Positions 52,405 through 61,363 of a DNA stretch of 63,894 nt are shown in pieces. Source of the DNA: an uncultured Candidatus Saccharibacteria bacterium (lineage in GTDB: Bacteria > Patescibacteriota > Minisyncoccia > UBA6257 > WO2-44-18). The stretch spans positions 15,494-79,387 of the forward strand of contig CAYHXN010000001.1 of assembly GCA_964360605.1 (NCBI GenBank), in the 5' to 3' direction. The position numbers were made by a program, and so were the translations under genes. The notes beneath the pieces are model-generated. The model was not told the DNA's origin. It worked only from the letters and a program-made list of their open reading frames with translations, and searched no databases. Position 1 is the first letter of the stretch; each line of letters begins with the position of its first letter.

Positions 52405-54738
52405 TTACCGACCGGAAAAAATCAAACTTGGTCGAAACAAACTCCAGTAATCGTATTTAAAATGAACTTCGTGATTGCCGGGCGGAACAAAAATTCCCGG
52501 AAACACAGAATTGACCCGATACATTTTAACTTCCTGATCATCAATATAAGCGCGCCAGCCAGGGAGATAGTTTTGGGTAAAAACTAGAAACCGAGCTTCT
52601 TTAGAGGCAGTTTTTGCTTTAATCAACCCGTTTCCAGAAAACAAAATTTCTGTTTCGCCCCCAACCCCCTTGATAATATCTGGGCATCCATTACATTCCA
52701 CGAAAATACCCTTAAAACCGCTTTTTTTAAATGCTTGATATGCTTCTTGATCACTATTAACGTAACTGCTTACTGAAGCAAAATAAGCAGGCAGTTTAGC
52801 GCCGGTATTGTTGTAAAGCAAAGCCGGTAAATCGCTAATACGGCTTCCTTCAACAATCAGCGGGATAAGAGCCTGTCCCACGATTGGTAAATCAATTTTC
52901 GGATCAAAGTCTGGGTGATTAAATGGTAGATCTGTAAAAAAGTGGGTAATTCCTAAAAATTCCGTCAAAGAAATCCGTTCTGCTAGTAAATGGTATTTTT
53001 CCCTTACGGAATAATCCACGCCATCCGAAGCAAGAACGTAAACTTTATCCAATTTTTGCTCGCCGCCCGTAGCAGCCAACTGGCGCGTTCCTAGTAAAGC
53101 AAGCATTCTCGCCAAATTGGTGTTTAACAGGGGGTCATTGATTTCTAAATTAGGAACGCCATAAAGCAGTTGAAAATTCGGCCGGTAAGTTTTCAGTCCC
53201 AAAGACATTTCGTATAAACGGTCATTAACCGGAGGTTTAGCCGGCGAAAGAAAATTAAAAAAATAAAGATCGTCCCAATCGTCCACAAAAAGCGGGAGAA
53301 GCCGGTTTGAATATTGGCGCAAAAACGAAACTGTCGCCGGCTCCCTTTCGTAAATTTTTCGCGAAATCATGGTCGGAGCGTTAAAACGATAAAAAATAAG
53401 AATGAATTCCAAAGCCGCAATACTAATACAAGCCGCGGCCGCTAATTTGTAATTTTTCACAAAACCCAAAATTAAAACGGCTGTTGCTAAAAATATTAGG
53501 GACAGCAAAACCGAGTTTACAGTTTTAGGATGGAGAATAATGATTGTCAAAAAGATTATCCCAATAATGCCTGTTACAGTGATTAAATTTGGTAAAACTT
53601 TTTTAAAATCCTGTACTCGCAAACGCATTAAATAATCAAAACCGAAGCCGACTAATACCGCCGCCGCAAAAATTCCCACCAGCATAAAGCGGGCTGCTCC
53701 CTGAAACATGTTAAAAATTGGAAGTTTTACTAAAAGACCAAATAAGGGCGACCCCTGAATAGAAAGTGCGAGAGTTATTAAAAATACCCAACGGAAAAAT
53801 GAAACAAATTGGTTTTTCCTAATCCAAAAAGAAAAAATTAAAAATAAAACCGCTACCATTCCCATATAAAGGTAAGCGTCCAGCCCGCGATTAGGCGTCA
53901 AGTGAAAAAAATTCAATAATTCCAACGGCTTAATTGCGTACCCGGTATGACCAAAACCACTTGCCCGTTGTGAAAATTGAGCCACTACGTAAGCAGGAAC
54001 CAGCTGTAAAATCCCAATCAGCGTTCCAATTGTAAAGATAGCTACTAAAGGAGCAAGTAAGCGACGCAATCCTTGAATTGGCCGTTCTCCGCGCAGTCCA
54101 AAAAACAACGCGAATCCAAATCCGGCCGCAGCCATATATAAAATAGGATAGTAAGCCGCCGTCCACCAACCGTAACCGACTAACGCACCGCCCAAAAGAA
54201 TGAGCCAAAAACGTTTTTTGCGATCGCCGAGATAAAGCTCTCCCAAAATCCAAAACAGAACTGCCTGCTCAAAAATAGCGGAGCTCAACACCAAATCCCG
54301 AGCAAAATAAATATTGCCGATTAAATAAGCAAAGGCGGCAACGTAAGACCCGGCAATACTCGCCCCTATTTTTCGCAAGAAAAGGACTGTAAAGAAAAAG
54401 GCGGCGGTTAAAGTTAAAAACATTCCCCAATAATGAACGGTCACCGCCGGCAGAAAATATAAAAGTAAGTTTAAGGGAGCAAACGGAAAGCCGTTCATGG
54501 AAACAAAATTCGGAAAACCAACAGCGACATAAGAGTTCCAAAAAGGAGTACTGCCTTCCTGAAAAACTTTCTTGTAGAATGCTAACTGGGGAATCACCAA
54601 TTCCGTCGCATCAGTACCCATCACATGAGTACCAATTAAGGCGGGAAATAAAATCGCCGCAACAGCTAAAGCGGAAACAGCCAAAATCCCCCATCGCCGT
54701 TCAACTAAAATTTTGCAACGTTCTAAAAAACTTTCCAT
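52405..54738 (-). CDS. YfhO-like large polytopic membrane glycosyltransferase candidate
   Basis: About 777 aa with many TM segments. The N-terminal GTDATELVIPQLAFYKKVFQEGSTPFWNSYVAVGFPNF resembles the YfhO-family N-terminus, and there is a large C-terminal extracytoplasmic domain. The start at MESF (54738) is preceded by AGGAAAAAT. Confidence 0.6.
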   Translation of the reverse strand: MESFLERCKILVERRWGILAVSALAVAAILFPALIGTHVMGTDATELVIPQLAFYKKVFQEGSTPFWNSYVAVGFPNFVSMNGFPFAPLNLLLYFLPAVTVHYWGMFLTLTAAFFFTVLFLRKIGASIAGSYVAAFAYLIGNIYFARDLVLSSAIFEQAVLFWILGELYLGDRKKRFWLILLGGALVGYGWWTAAYYPILYMAAAGFGFALFFGLRGERPIQGLRRLLAPLVAIFTIGTLIGILQLVPAYVVAQFSQRASGFGHTGYAIKPLELLNFFHLTPNRGLDAYLYMGMVAVLFLIFSFWIRKNQFVSFFRWVFLITLALSIQGSPLFGLLVKLPIFNMFQGAARFMLVGIFAAAVLVGFGFDYLMRLRVQDFKKVLPNLITVTGIIGIIFLTIIILHPKTVNSVLLSLIFLATAVLILGFVKNYKLAAAACISIAALEFILIFYRFNAPTMISRKIYEREPATVSFLRQYSNRLLPLFVDDWDDLYFFNFLSPAKPPVNDRLYEMSLGLKTYRPNFQLLYGVPNLEINDPLLNTNLARMLALLGTRQLAATGGEQKLDKVYVLASDGVDYSVREKYHLLAERISLTEFLGITHFFTDLPFNHPDFDPKIDLPIVGQALIPLIVEGSRISDLPALLYNNTGAKLPAYFASVSSYVNSDQEAYQAFKKSGFKGIFVECNGCPDIIKGVGGETEILFSGNGLIKAKTASKEARFLVFTQNYLPGWRAYIDDQEVKMYRVNSVFPGIFVPPGNHEVHFKYDYWSLFRPSLIFSGR

Positions 54739-54745
54739 ATTTTTC

Positions 54746-55549
54746 CTATTTCTTTTTGGCAATTATATAAAAACCGGTGGAAATGTACTCGGCAGCCCGA
54801 TAATGAATAAGAATCAGGTCCAGCAACTTAATTGGAAAAGTAACTAACACTAAAAATATCCAGATAATGTCTTTTAAAATACTGATATTGAAAGACAGCG
54901 CTAAAGAAAGCCATTCCTGGGTAACAAACAAAAAGGCGGCTGTCGGTCCGATAATCGGTTTCAACTCCACTATTTCCATGTCTGCAAATAAAGATCGTAA
55001 GCCCTCCGCCGTCCAGCGGGAGTAGTCATGCGGCGAAGGATGAAACGGCATTAAGAAATTGGTTGCAAGATAAAGGTAGCCGCCGCTTTTTAGAACCCGT
55101 TTCATTTCTCCGACTGCCTGAAGTGGGTTTTTCAAATGTTCTAGAACCCAAGCAGAAACAACACCGTCCAACGAACCATCTTTAAAAGGTAAGTCGTGGG
55201 CATCTGCCAACACATCCACCTCTTCCCAAGGATGAATGTCTACGTTAATAATATCCGGATGCAAACGTCGGCTCCCGGAACCGATTTCCGCCACCTGTCC
55301 GTCAGTAGCAACAAGTTTAAGAATAGAAGAGGGCTTTTTTCCCAAAAATAAAGCTGGCGCTAAAACATAAAAAATAAAGGAGTAGAGTTTAGCGAATCGC
55401 CGCAAAAACGTTTTCAGACGTACAATAAAACCGGTGTGCAAATCCCGCGCCATCTGAACATAAGAATCCTCTTTTATAAAAAGCGGCTTTCCCTCAACAA
55501 ATTTTATAGGAGGTATTTTAAATTCTAAATGATCGATTCTTGATTGCAT
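54746..55549 (-). CDS. Class I SAM-dependent methyltransferase flanked by hydrophobic segments, paralog 2
   Basis: AEIGSGSRRL...DAHDLPFKDGSLDGVVSAWVLEHLKNP...LKSGGYLYL, with hydrophobic N-proximal and C-terminal segments. Paralog of 37853..38671. Confidence 0.75.
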   Translation of the reverse strand: MQSRIDHLEFKIPPIKFVEGKPLFIKEDSYVQMARDLHTGFIVRLKTFLRRFAKLYSFIFYVLAPALFLGKKPSSILKLVATDGQVAEIGSGSRRLHPDIINVDIHPWEEVDVLADAHDLPFKDGSLDGVVSAWVLEHLKNPLQAVGEMKRVLKSGGYLYLATNFLMPFHPSPHDYSRWTAEGLRSLFADMEIVELKPIIGPTAAFLFVTQEWLSLALSFNISILKDIIWIFLVLVTFPIKLLDLILIHYRAAEYISTGFYIIAKKK

Positions 55550-55564
55550 GGCTTGTATAATAAC

Positions 55565-56380
55565 TTATTTGCGTAGCGCGTAAATATAACCCCTTCTATG
55601 GTCTTCTCTTTTAATCGTTGTTTGATAATTAGCTGCCTTTAAATGGGCTAGCAACTTATTAATTATCTCTTTATCAGCCAAACCAAGAAATTCTGGTGAA
55701 TGGTATTCAAGCGCAATCTGGTCAATTTTCTTTAAAACTTCAATCGGCGTATTAAGTAAAATTTCGTACTCTGCGCCCTCGCAGTCTATTTTCAAAAAAT
55801 CGCATTTTGATATTTTATTTTCAATCAAAACCTCTGTCAATGTAAGGCAATTCACCTTGACGGCTTCTTTGGATTTTCTAATAAAGCCGTGGCCGCCGCT
55901 ATTAAGGTCGTCAATATATAAAATTCGCTCCTGATTACTGCCCGCAAGCGCCAAATTATAAGGCAATACGTTTGACGCATTGTTCAATAAAATATTGCGC
56001 TCTAAAACCTCATAATTTCTGGGAAGGGGCTCGAAGGCATAAACTTTACCCTCCTTAGCCTTGCGCGCGGCGCAAATAGTAAAAGTACCGATATGCGCGC
56101 CAACATCAATTATTGTGGCGTCTTCACTAAAATCCAAAGAATTTTTAAAATATTCTTTTTCAATAACGTTTTCAAAAACAGTATAGATATCTGCCAATTT
56201 TACCAGCAAATTATTGCCACGCACCCAAAACTCATAATCATCTATCTTTATTTTCTTAAACGGCGTGTTAATAAACCAAAAATTTGTCCAAAACCTAATA
56301 GGCCAAAACCCAAAAGTCTTCAGAAGAATCTGAAAAGCATAACTCGATGCGTAAATAATCCTAAGAAAATTTTTATGCAT
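55565..56380 (-). CDS. FkbM-family methyltransferase
   Basis: IIDVGAHIGTFTICAA...VYAFEPLPRNYEVLERN...CDFLKIDCEGAEYEIL. Confidence 0.85.
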   Translation of the reverse strand: MHKNFLRIIYASSYAFQILLKTFGFWPIRFWTNFWFINTPFKKIKIDDYEFWVRGNNLLVKLADIYTVFENVIEKEYFKNSLDFSEDATIIDVGAHIGTFTICAARKAKEGKVYAFEPLPRNYEVLERNILLNNASNVLPYNLALAGSNQERILYIDDLNSGGHGFIRKSKEAVKVNCLTLTEVLIENKISKCDFLKIDCEGAEYEILLNTPIEVLKKIDQIALEYHSPEFLGLADKEIINKLLAHLKAANYQTTIKREDHRRGYIYALRK

Positions 56381-56425
56381 GTTTTAATATATTACCTAAA
56401 ATTAAAAAGTTTTTAAGCTTGTTAA

Positions 56426-57058
56426 TCATTTTTCTAAAACGAAAAAGTGGTGGTATTTATTTAGGACAGGAGAAAATTCCTTTTTAATTTTAAAATGGTT
56501 TTTTATAATTTTCCGCACCTTATTCAGGCGGTATTTCCAAAAATCTATTTCCCAATAATGCTGGCCGGATACTTTTATGCCGCCGAATCTTAAGGGTAAT
56601 CGGATAAAAAAATCTAAAAAGGATTTATTAAAAATCGTGCGGATACCGGGAAACTTCAAAACCATTTCTTTGCCGGTGGATTTATAAGGCAACGATATAA
56701 TAACGTGCTTTGATGTAACCCGCTTCAATTCCGCGAGCGCTTTAGGAACGTCGTCCCAAGGGATATGTTCCAAAACTTCAAAAGCCGTTACTAAATCAAA
56801 TTCGCCGTTTTGTATCGGTAGCGACCTAATATCCGCCACGATGTCCGGATCTAAATTCTTATCAAAATCACAAGTCGTGACCGAATAGCCAAGTTTCTTT
56901 AAGTAATCAGAAAAAAATCCGCTACCCATTCCTATTTCAAGAATTTTTTTAGGCTCCAGTGAACGCGCAAGGTCGGTTTGATAAAAATAGGAAATAAAAC
57001 GTTCCAGATCATCGTATTTTTTCCGAAAATAGTGCTCCTTGTTAACTTGAGGTTCCAT
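56426..57058 (-). CDS. Class I SAM-dependent methyltransferase
   Basis: KILEIGMGSGFFSDYLKKLGYSVTTCDFD...FDLVTAFEVLEHIP. Confidence 0.8.
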   Translation of the reverse strand: MEPQVNKEHYFRKKYDDLERFISYFYQTDLARSLEPKKILEIGMGSGFFSDYLKKLGYSVTTCDFDKNLDPDIVADIRSLPIQNGEFDLVTAFEVLEHIPWDDVPKALAELKRVTSKHVIISLPYKSTGKEMVLKFPGIRTIFNKSFLDFFIRLPLRFGGIKVSGQHYWEIDFWKYRLNKVRKIIKNHFKIKKEFSPVLNKYHHFFVLEK

Positions 57059-57060
57059 AA

Positions 57061-58395
57061 TTAAATATTTTCTAAAATAAAATTTGCGATCCTTTGTCCA
57101 GCGGCGCCGTCTAATTTATAAACCTGCTCTTCTAAAACAGCTTGCCGCTGATTACGATCAGCTTGGGGATTAGATAAAAACTCTCGAACATTTTGAAATA
57201 GTTCTTCTTTATTGCGAGCCGGTCGCGCCCCGCCACCCCTTAACACATATTGAACGTGATCAAAATCTTTATTTTTAATAGCACTTTTAAGATACGGCAA
57301 GTTCTTTTCAAAACCATCAAAATAAATTAGAACGGACGGCTTTCCAAAAACCGCGGCGTCAATTACGACACTGGTTCCGCAGGCAACCAAAACGTCGCTA
57401 TGAAACAAAGAGTCGGCAAGCCACTCCGTATCTTTTTCGTCCAATTCAGAATCCCTAGAATAACCAGTTTTAAATTGATGCCCCGGCTGGTCAACGTAAA
57501 ATAGCTTGCTTGGCTTAAATCGCTCCAAGTTTACCTTATCGTTGGGGGTAAGACGAACTAGTACCTGCTCATTTAATTCTTTCAGAATCTCCATAATTTG
57601 CCAATCGTACTTAAAGAAACGGTCGCCGAAAGGAGAAAATAAAATTAGTTTTCGGGAAGGATCTAATCCGATACGCGAAAAAAATTCCTGCCGGTTCATT
57701 CGTCGGCCGTTGAAATAACGGTCGTACTGAGGAATTCCGCTGACAAAAACTTCTTCTAATTTCATAACATTGTGGCGAATGGCTTCGTTTTGAATTATGG
57801 CGTTATGTACTATTAACTTTTCGGGCTTAACACGAAATATGCCCTTGGTGGTTATATTGTCCCAAGAACGAATCATTCCAATAGCGCGAATCTCTCTTTT
57901 TCTAGCGGCGGCTAAAAAATGCACGTCGTCGTTATTAAAAACGTCCGTTACAAATACAGCAGCCGGTTGATACTTACTAAAATATGAATCTAAGTTTCTG
58001 GTATTAACACACAGACCGTCCAAAAATCTAATTAATTTTTTAAACGAATTAAACCTGCTAAAAATTTTTCTTAAAATAAAAGAAAGGGCAAATTTAAAAT
58101 AATTTTTATCGCGCCCCAGCTTTTCTCTTTTATGTATTGCTAAAGTTTGGCTATCTACTAAAGAAGAATTTAGATAAGTGAAAATAACGTCTTGCCGGCT
58201 TACTTTTTCGGCAACGATTCCTTCAATAGTCACGTTGGACCCAAAAAACCGTTCTTGAAAATAGTTTGTTTTGTAATCAGGAACAAAAATAACAATCCGT
58301 AAATCAGATTGCGATTTTAATATCTTAAAAACGTCGGTAGCAAGAATATTGCGCGAGATAAAAGGGTTAAAACTGGTTATAAACAAAGTTTTCAT
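57061..58395 (-). CDS. TagB/TagF-like GT-B protein, paralog 4 of 4
   Basis: MKTLFITSFNPFISRNILATDVF (compare paralog 1, MKTIFITIFQGVEAKNILRTDIY), SDVLVACGTSVVIDAAVFGKPSVLI and NPQADRNQRQAVLEEQVYKLDGAAGQRI. Confidence 0.5.
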   Translation of the reverse strand: MKTLFITSFNPFISRNILATDVFKILKSQSDLRIVIFVPDYKTNYFQERFFGSNVTIEGIVAEKVSRQDVIFTYLNSSLVDSQTLAIHKREKLGRDKNYFKFALSFILRKIFSRFNSFKKLIRFLDGLCVNTRNLDSYFSKYQPAAVFVTDVFNNDDVHFLAAARKREIRAIGMIRSWDNITTKGIFRVKPEKLIVHNAIIQNEAIRHNVMKLEEVFVSGIPQYDRYFNGRRMNRQEFFSRIGLDPSRKLILFSPFGDRFFKYDWQIMEILKELNEQVLVRLTPNDKVNLERFKPSKLFYVDQPGHQFKTGYSRDSELDEKDTEWLADSLFHSDVLVACGTSVVIDAAVFGKPSVLIYFDGFEKNLPYLKSAIKNKDFDHVQYVLRGGGARPARNKEELFQNVREFLSNPQADRNQRQAVLEEQVYKLDGAAGQRIANFILENI

Positions 58396-59210
58396 TATTT
58401 GGGAACCTCAATGATGGGCATTAACTTGTCTCGTCTTGTTTTGTTCTCTAAATAATTTTTCAGCATTCCATTAATAAAATTTTCTTTAAGCTTTAAGATG
58501 GCGGCGCCATTATAGTCCTTTTGTTTATAAAACTTCCCGGCGTCAAAACGCTGGGTTTGCGGGACAATTACTCCTTCATCGTAGCCGCGAATACAGCGAA
58601 TCAGCAACTCAAATCCGGAAATGACATTCTTATTGCTGATGTCTCTGGGGCCATCGTCTTTATTTACATTTTCCGGCCTAGATTGCCCCAATACGTCGCC
58701 ACTGTCTAATTTTTCAGTTACTAAATGAATCGTTGCTCCTAAACACTCGGGTTCGCTATTCACTAGTGGCCAAAAGGCATTGGCCCAACCTCTATAATAA
58801 GGCGTGAGGCCAAGATGTAGATTAATAATTTTCCCTTTATAAACAGAGAGGATTGCCCCCTTAACAACGCTGGCACTGAATAAAACGACGTATCTCGGAT
58901 TTAATTTTTGTATCCATTCTAAAATCTTCGGATCACCGCAAGTGCCGTAATCAATTCTTAAAATTTTTTCTTCCGGCAAAGGAAATTGAGTGGCATAACC
59001 GAAATATTCTTGTTCTTTTTCGGCGCATTCGCGATCGTAATCCTTAATTACCTTATCTTCTTCCGGCGTATCTCCGGATTTTAGGACTCTTCTACTCTCG
59101 GAAACCACGCCTAATAAATTGAAGTTGCGTTTTAAATAATCGGCCGCCATATGATGACGCCCTTGGTTGGAAGTAATTAAAATAATTGGGATAGATGATG
59201 GTTGATTCAT
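58395..59210 (-). CDS. Formyltransferase-family protein (N10-formyl-THF-dependent, atypical)
   Basis: IINLHLGLTPYYRGWAN...GATIHLVTEKLDSGDVL fits the Asn/His...Asp pattern of the formyl_trans_N domain. At 271 aa it is neither a typical Fmt nor a PurN. Confidence 0.65.
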   Translation of the reverse strand: MNQPSSIPIILITSNQGRHHMAADYLKRNFNLLGVVSESRRVLKSGDTPEEDKVIKDYDRECAEKEQEYFGYATQFPLPEEKILRIDYGTCGDPKILEWIQKLNPRYVVLFSASVVKGAILSVYKGKIINLHLGLTPYYRGWANAFWPLVNSEPECLGATIHLVTEKLDSGDVLGQSRPENVNKDDGPRDISNKNVISGFELLIRCIRGYDEGVIVPQTQRFDAGKFYKQKDYNGAAILKLKENFINGMLKNYLENKTRRDKLMPIIEVPK

Positions 59211-59213
59211 AAT

Positions 59214-60026
59214 TTAAGTCCGTTGTTTGTTTTTTGTGGCCGACAAAGAACATAATTGGTAAAAATTTTGGAATAACGCCGCGACTAAAATAGGGCCAGT
59301 GCCGCCCGGAGTAGGAGTATAAAAACCTAGCTTAGATAATTCTGGGTCACTGACGTCTAAATCACCGCGAACCTTTCCGTCAATCCGATCGTAGCCAAAA
59401 TCAATCACTCCCGCGCCGGCCTTCAAGGCCGCTGGTTTAATCAAACTAGCCTTGCCGACGCCGCTAATTACCAAATCAGCCCGAGATACTTCGGAAAGCC
59501 CACTTTTACTGTGGCAAACAATCAACTCGCGGCACTTCCCATTCAGCCAACTAATAATCGGCGCGCCGACTAGAAATCCTCGTCCTACTACCACTACAGT
59601 AAGGTTTTCTATGTTCCAAAATACTGTTTCTAAAATTGCCTTAATAACAATGACCGGCAAAGATTCTAAATCGGCTGGAGCAATTAGGGCATCAATATCT
59701 TTAGCCGGATTCAAAGCTGCGAGAATTTTATCACGATTAAAACGTGCGGGCAACGGAAGCTGAACCAGTACTCCGCCAACCCTTTCATCATTTCCTAAAT
59801 ATTTCATCTTCTGAATTACTTCACCTTCGGTAGTATCTTCGGCAAAACGATAAAGCTTAAATTTTAACCCCAACTCTTGAGCGGTTTTTTCTTTTTGTCG
59901 CAAAAAACTCTCGGATGAAAGGTTGTTCCCAATTAGAACCGCGGCCAATTCTTGGTCCGGCTTAGGTAAACCTTTTAAAGTAAAAATGATTTTGCGGGCA
60001 ATGTCCCGTCCCAAAATTACCGCCAT
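59214..60026 (-). CDS. folD: Bifunctional methylenetetrahydrofolate dehydrogenase/methenyl-THF cyclohydrolase
   Basis: LAAVLIGNNLSSESFLRQKEKTAQELG..., VLVQLPLP, VVVVGRGFLVGAPI and TPTPGGTGP. Confidence 0.88.
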   Translation of the reverse strand: MAVILGRDIARKIIFTLKGLPKPDQELAAVLIGNNLSSESFLRQKEKTAQELGLKFKLYRFAEDTTEGEVIQKMKYLGNDERVGGVLVQLPLPARFNRDKILAALNPAKDIDALIAPADLESLPVIVIKAILETVFWNIENLTVVVVGRGFLVGAPIISWLNGKCRELIVCHSKSGLSEVSRADLVISGVGKASLIKPAALKAGAGVIDFGYDRIDGKVRGDLDVSDPELSKLGFYTPTPGGTGPILVAALFQNFYQLCSLSATKNKQRT

Positions 60027-61264
60027 TTTTTAGAAATCGGAAACGCGCGGCATAACGCCTCGACTTCGGCGCGTATTGATTCGCGCTTTACTAAACATCT
60101 ATAAATGAAAGCGGCGATTTTCTTCATTTCCTGTTTACCCATGCCACGAGTAGTCACAGCCGGAGTACCTAAACGCAAACCCGATGGCAGAAAAGGCGAG
60201 GTGTCTCCAGTAATGGCATTACGGTTGGCGGTAATGCTATTTTCTTCCAAAATCTTTTCCGCCTGGAGACCCCCTAAACCCACACCGCGAACATCTAATA
60301 ACATTAAGTGGTTGTCTGTACCGCCGGTTACTAGCCGGAAGCCTAGTTTCACTAATTCTCCCGCTAACATAGCGGCATTTTCTAAAATCGATCGTTGATA
60401 GCGACGAAACAACGGTTGAGACGCTTCAAAAAACAACAGGGCTTTGGCCGCGGTGACATTATTATGGGGACCACCCTGAAATCCCGGAAACACTGACCGG
60501 TCTACTGCTTCCGCAATCGTCAAATCCGACCGACCCGTTAAAGGTTGTTTTCTAGAAAAGATTACCGCCCCTCTTGGTCCGCGAAGCGTTTTGTGAGTAG
60601 TCGTCATTACGACATCGCTATAAGGAAATGGTGTGGGGTGCAAACCAGCAGCAATCAGGCCGGCGATGTGGGAAATATCCGCCAAGTGGTAAGCGGTGAC
60701 ACTCCGCGCAATCATGCCAAACTTTTTAAAATCCAAAATGCGAGGATAAGCCGTCAATCCAGAAACAATCACTTTGGGCTTGTGTTTTTTAGCTAGAGCC
60801 GCAATCGCACGATAATCCAAACGTTCAGTTTTAACATCCACGCCGTAGTGGACAACACGATAGGCCTTACCGGAAAAACTGACCGAATGCCCATGCGTTA
60901 AGTGTCCGCCATCGCTTAAGCGCAAACCCATTAAAGTATCGCCGAAATTCATCAATGCTTGGTAAATCGCTAAATTAGCAGGCGAACCTGAATATGGCTG
61001 GACGTTGACCGCCCACTCCTTAGGATTTAATTTGAAAAGACGCAATGCCCGCTCTTGAGCTAAATTCTCAATCTTGTCGTAGTAAACATTGCCCGGATAA
61101 TAACGCTTGCCGGGATAACCCTCGGAATACTTATTAACCAATGGCGATCCTAAAACTTCCTGTATGTCTTCGGAAACGTAATTTTCTGAAGGAATCAAAT
61201 TAATCGTTAGCGCTTGACGTTTTTTTTCGGCAGCAATGAACTTAAAAAGCTGTGTATCTTTCAT
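60017..61264 (-). CDS. glyA: Serine hydroxymethyltransferase
   Basis: LIPSENYVSEDIQEVLGSPLVNKYSEGYPGKRYYPG, VVMTTTHKTLRGPRG and GFQGGPHNN. Start set at MKDTQ (61264). Its stop overlaps the folD start by 10 nt. Confidence 0.95.
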   Translation of the reverse strand: MKDTQLFKFIAAEKKRQALTINLIPSENYVSEDIQEVLGSPLVNKYSEGYPGKRYYPGNVYYDKIENLAQERALRLFKLNPKEWAVNVQPYSGSPANLAIYQALMNFGDTLMGLRLSDGGHLTHGHSVSFSGKAYRVVHYGVDVKTERLDYRAIAALAKKHKPKVIVSGLTAYPRILDFKKFGMIARSVTAYHLADISHIAGLIAAGLHPTPFPYSDVVMTTTHKTLRGPRGAVIFSRKQPLTGRSDLTIAEAVDRSVFPGFQGGPHNNVTAAKALLFFEASQPLFRRYQRSILENAAMLAGELVKLGFRLVTGGTDNHLMLLDVRGVGLGGLQAEKILEENSITANRNAITGDTSPFLPSGLRLGTPAVTTRGMGKQEMKKIAAFIYRCLVKRESIRAEVEALCRAFPISKKWR

Positions 61265-61342
61265 ATTCCAGTGATTAAAATTTAACACACCAAAACGACT
61301 TTTTCTACTGAAAATTAATGACCGGAAAACAATTTAAAATGA

Positions 61343-61351
61343 TGCTATAAT
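61343..61351 (+). promoter_or_regulatory. Extended -10-like element TGcTATAAT
   Basis: Read directly, 12 nt upstream of the ATG at 61364, with no SD-like sequence in between. Promoter function has not been tested. Confidence 0.3.
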
Positions 61352-61363
61352 TTGAAAATTAAC

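Noticed and set aside
59214-61264. Calling folD and glyA accessory glycan genes outright.
   Set aside because: Both are universal housekeeping genes and may be the genome's only copies. Only their tight operon linkage to the formyltransferase is reported. Whether they are dedicated to the glycan pathway cannot be judged from this window.
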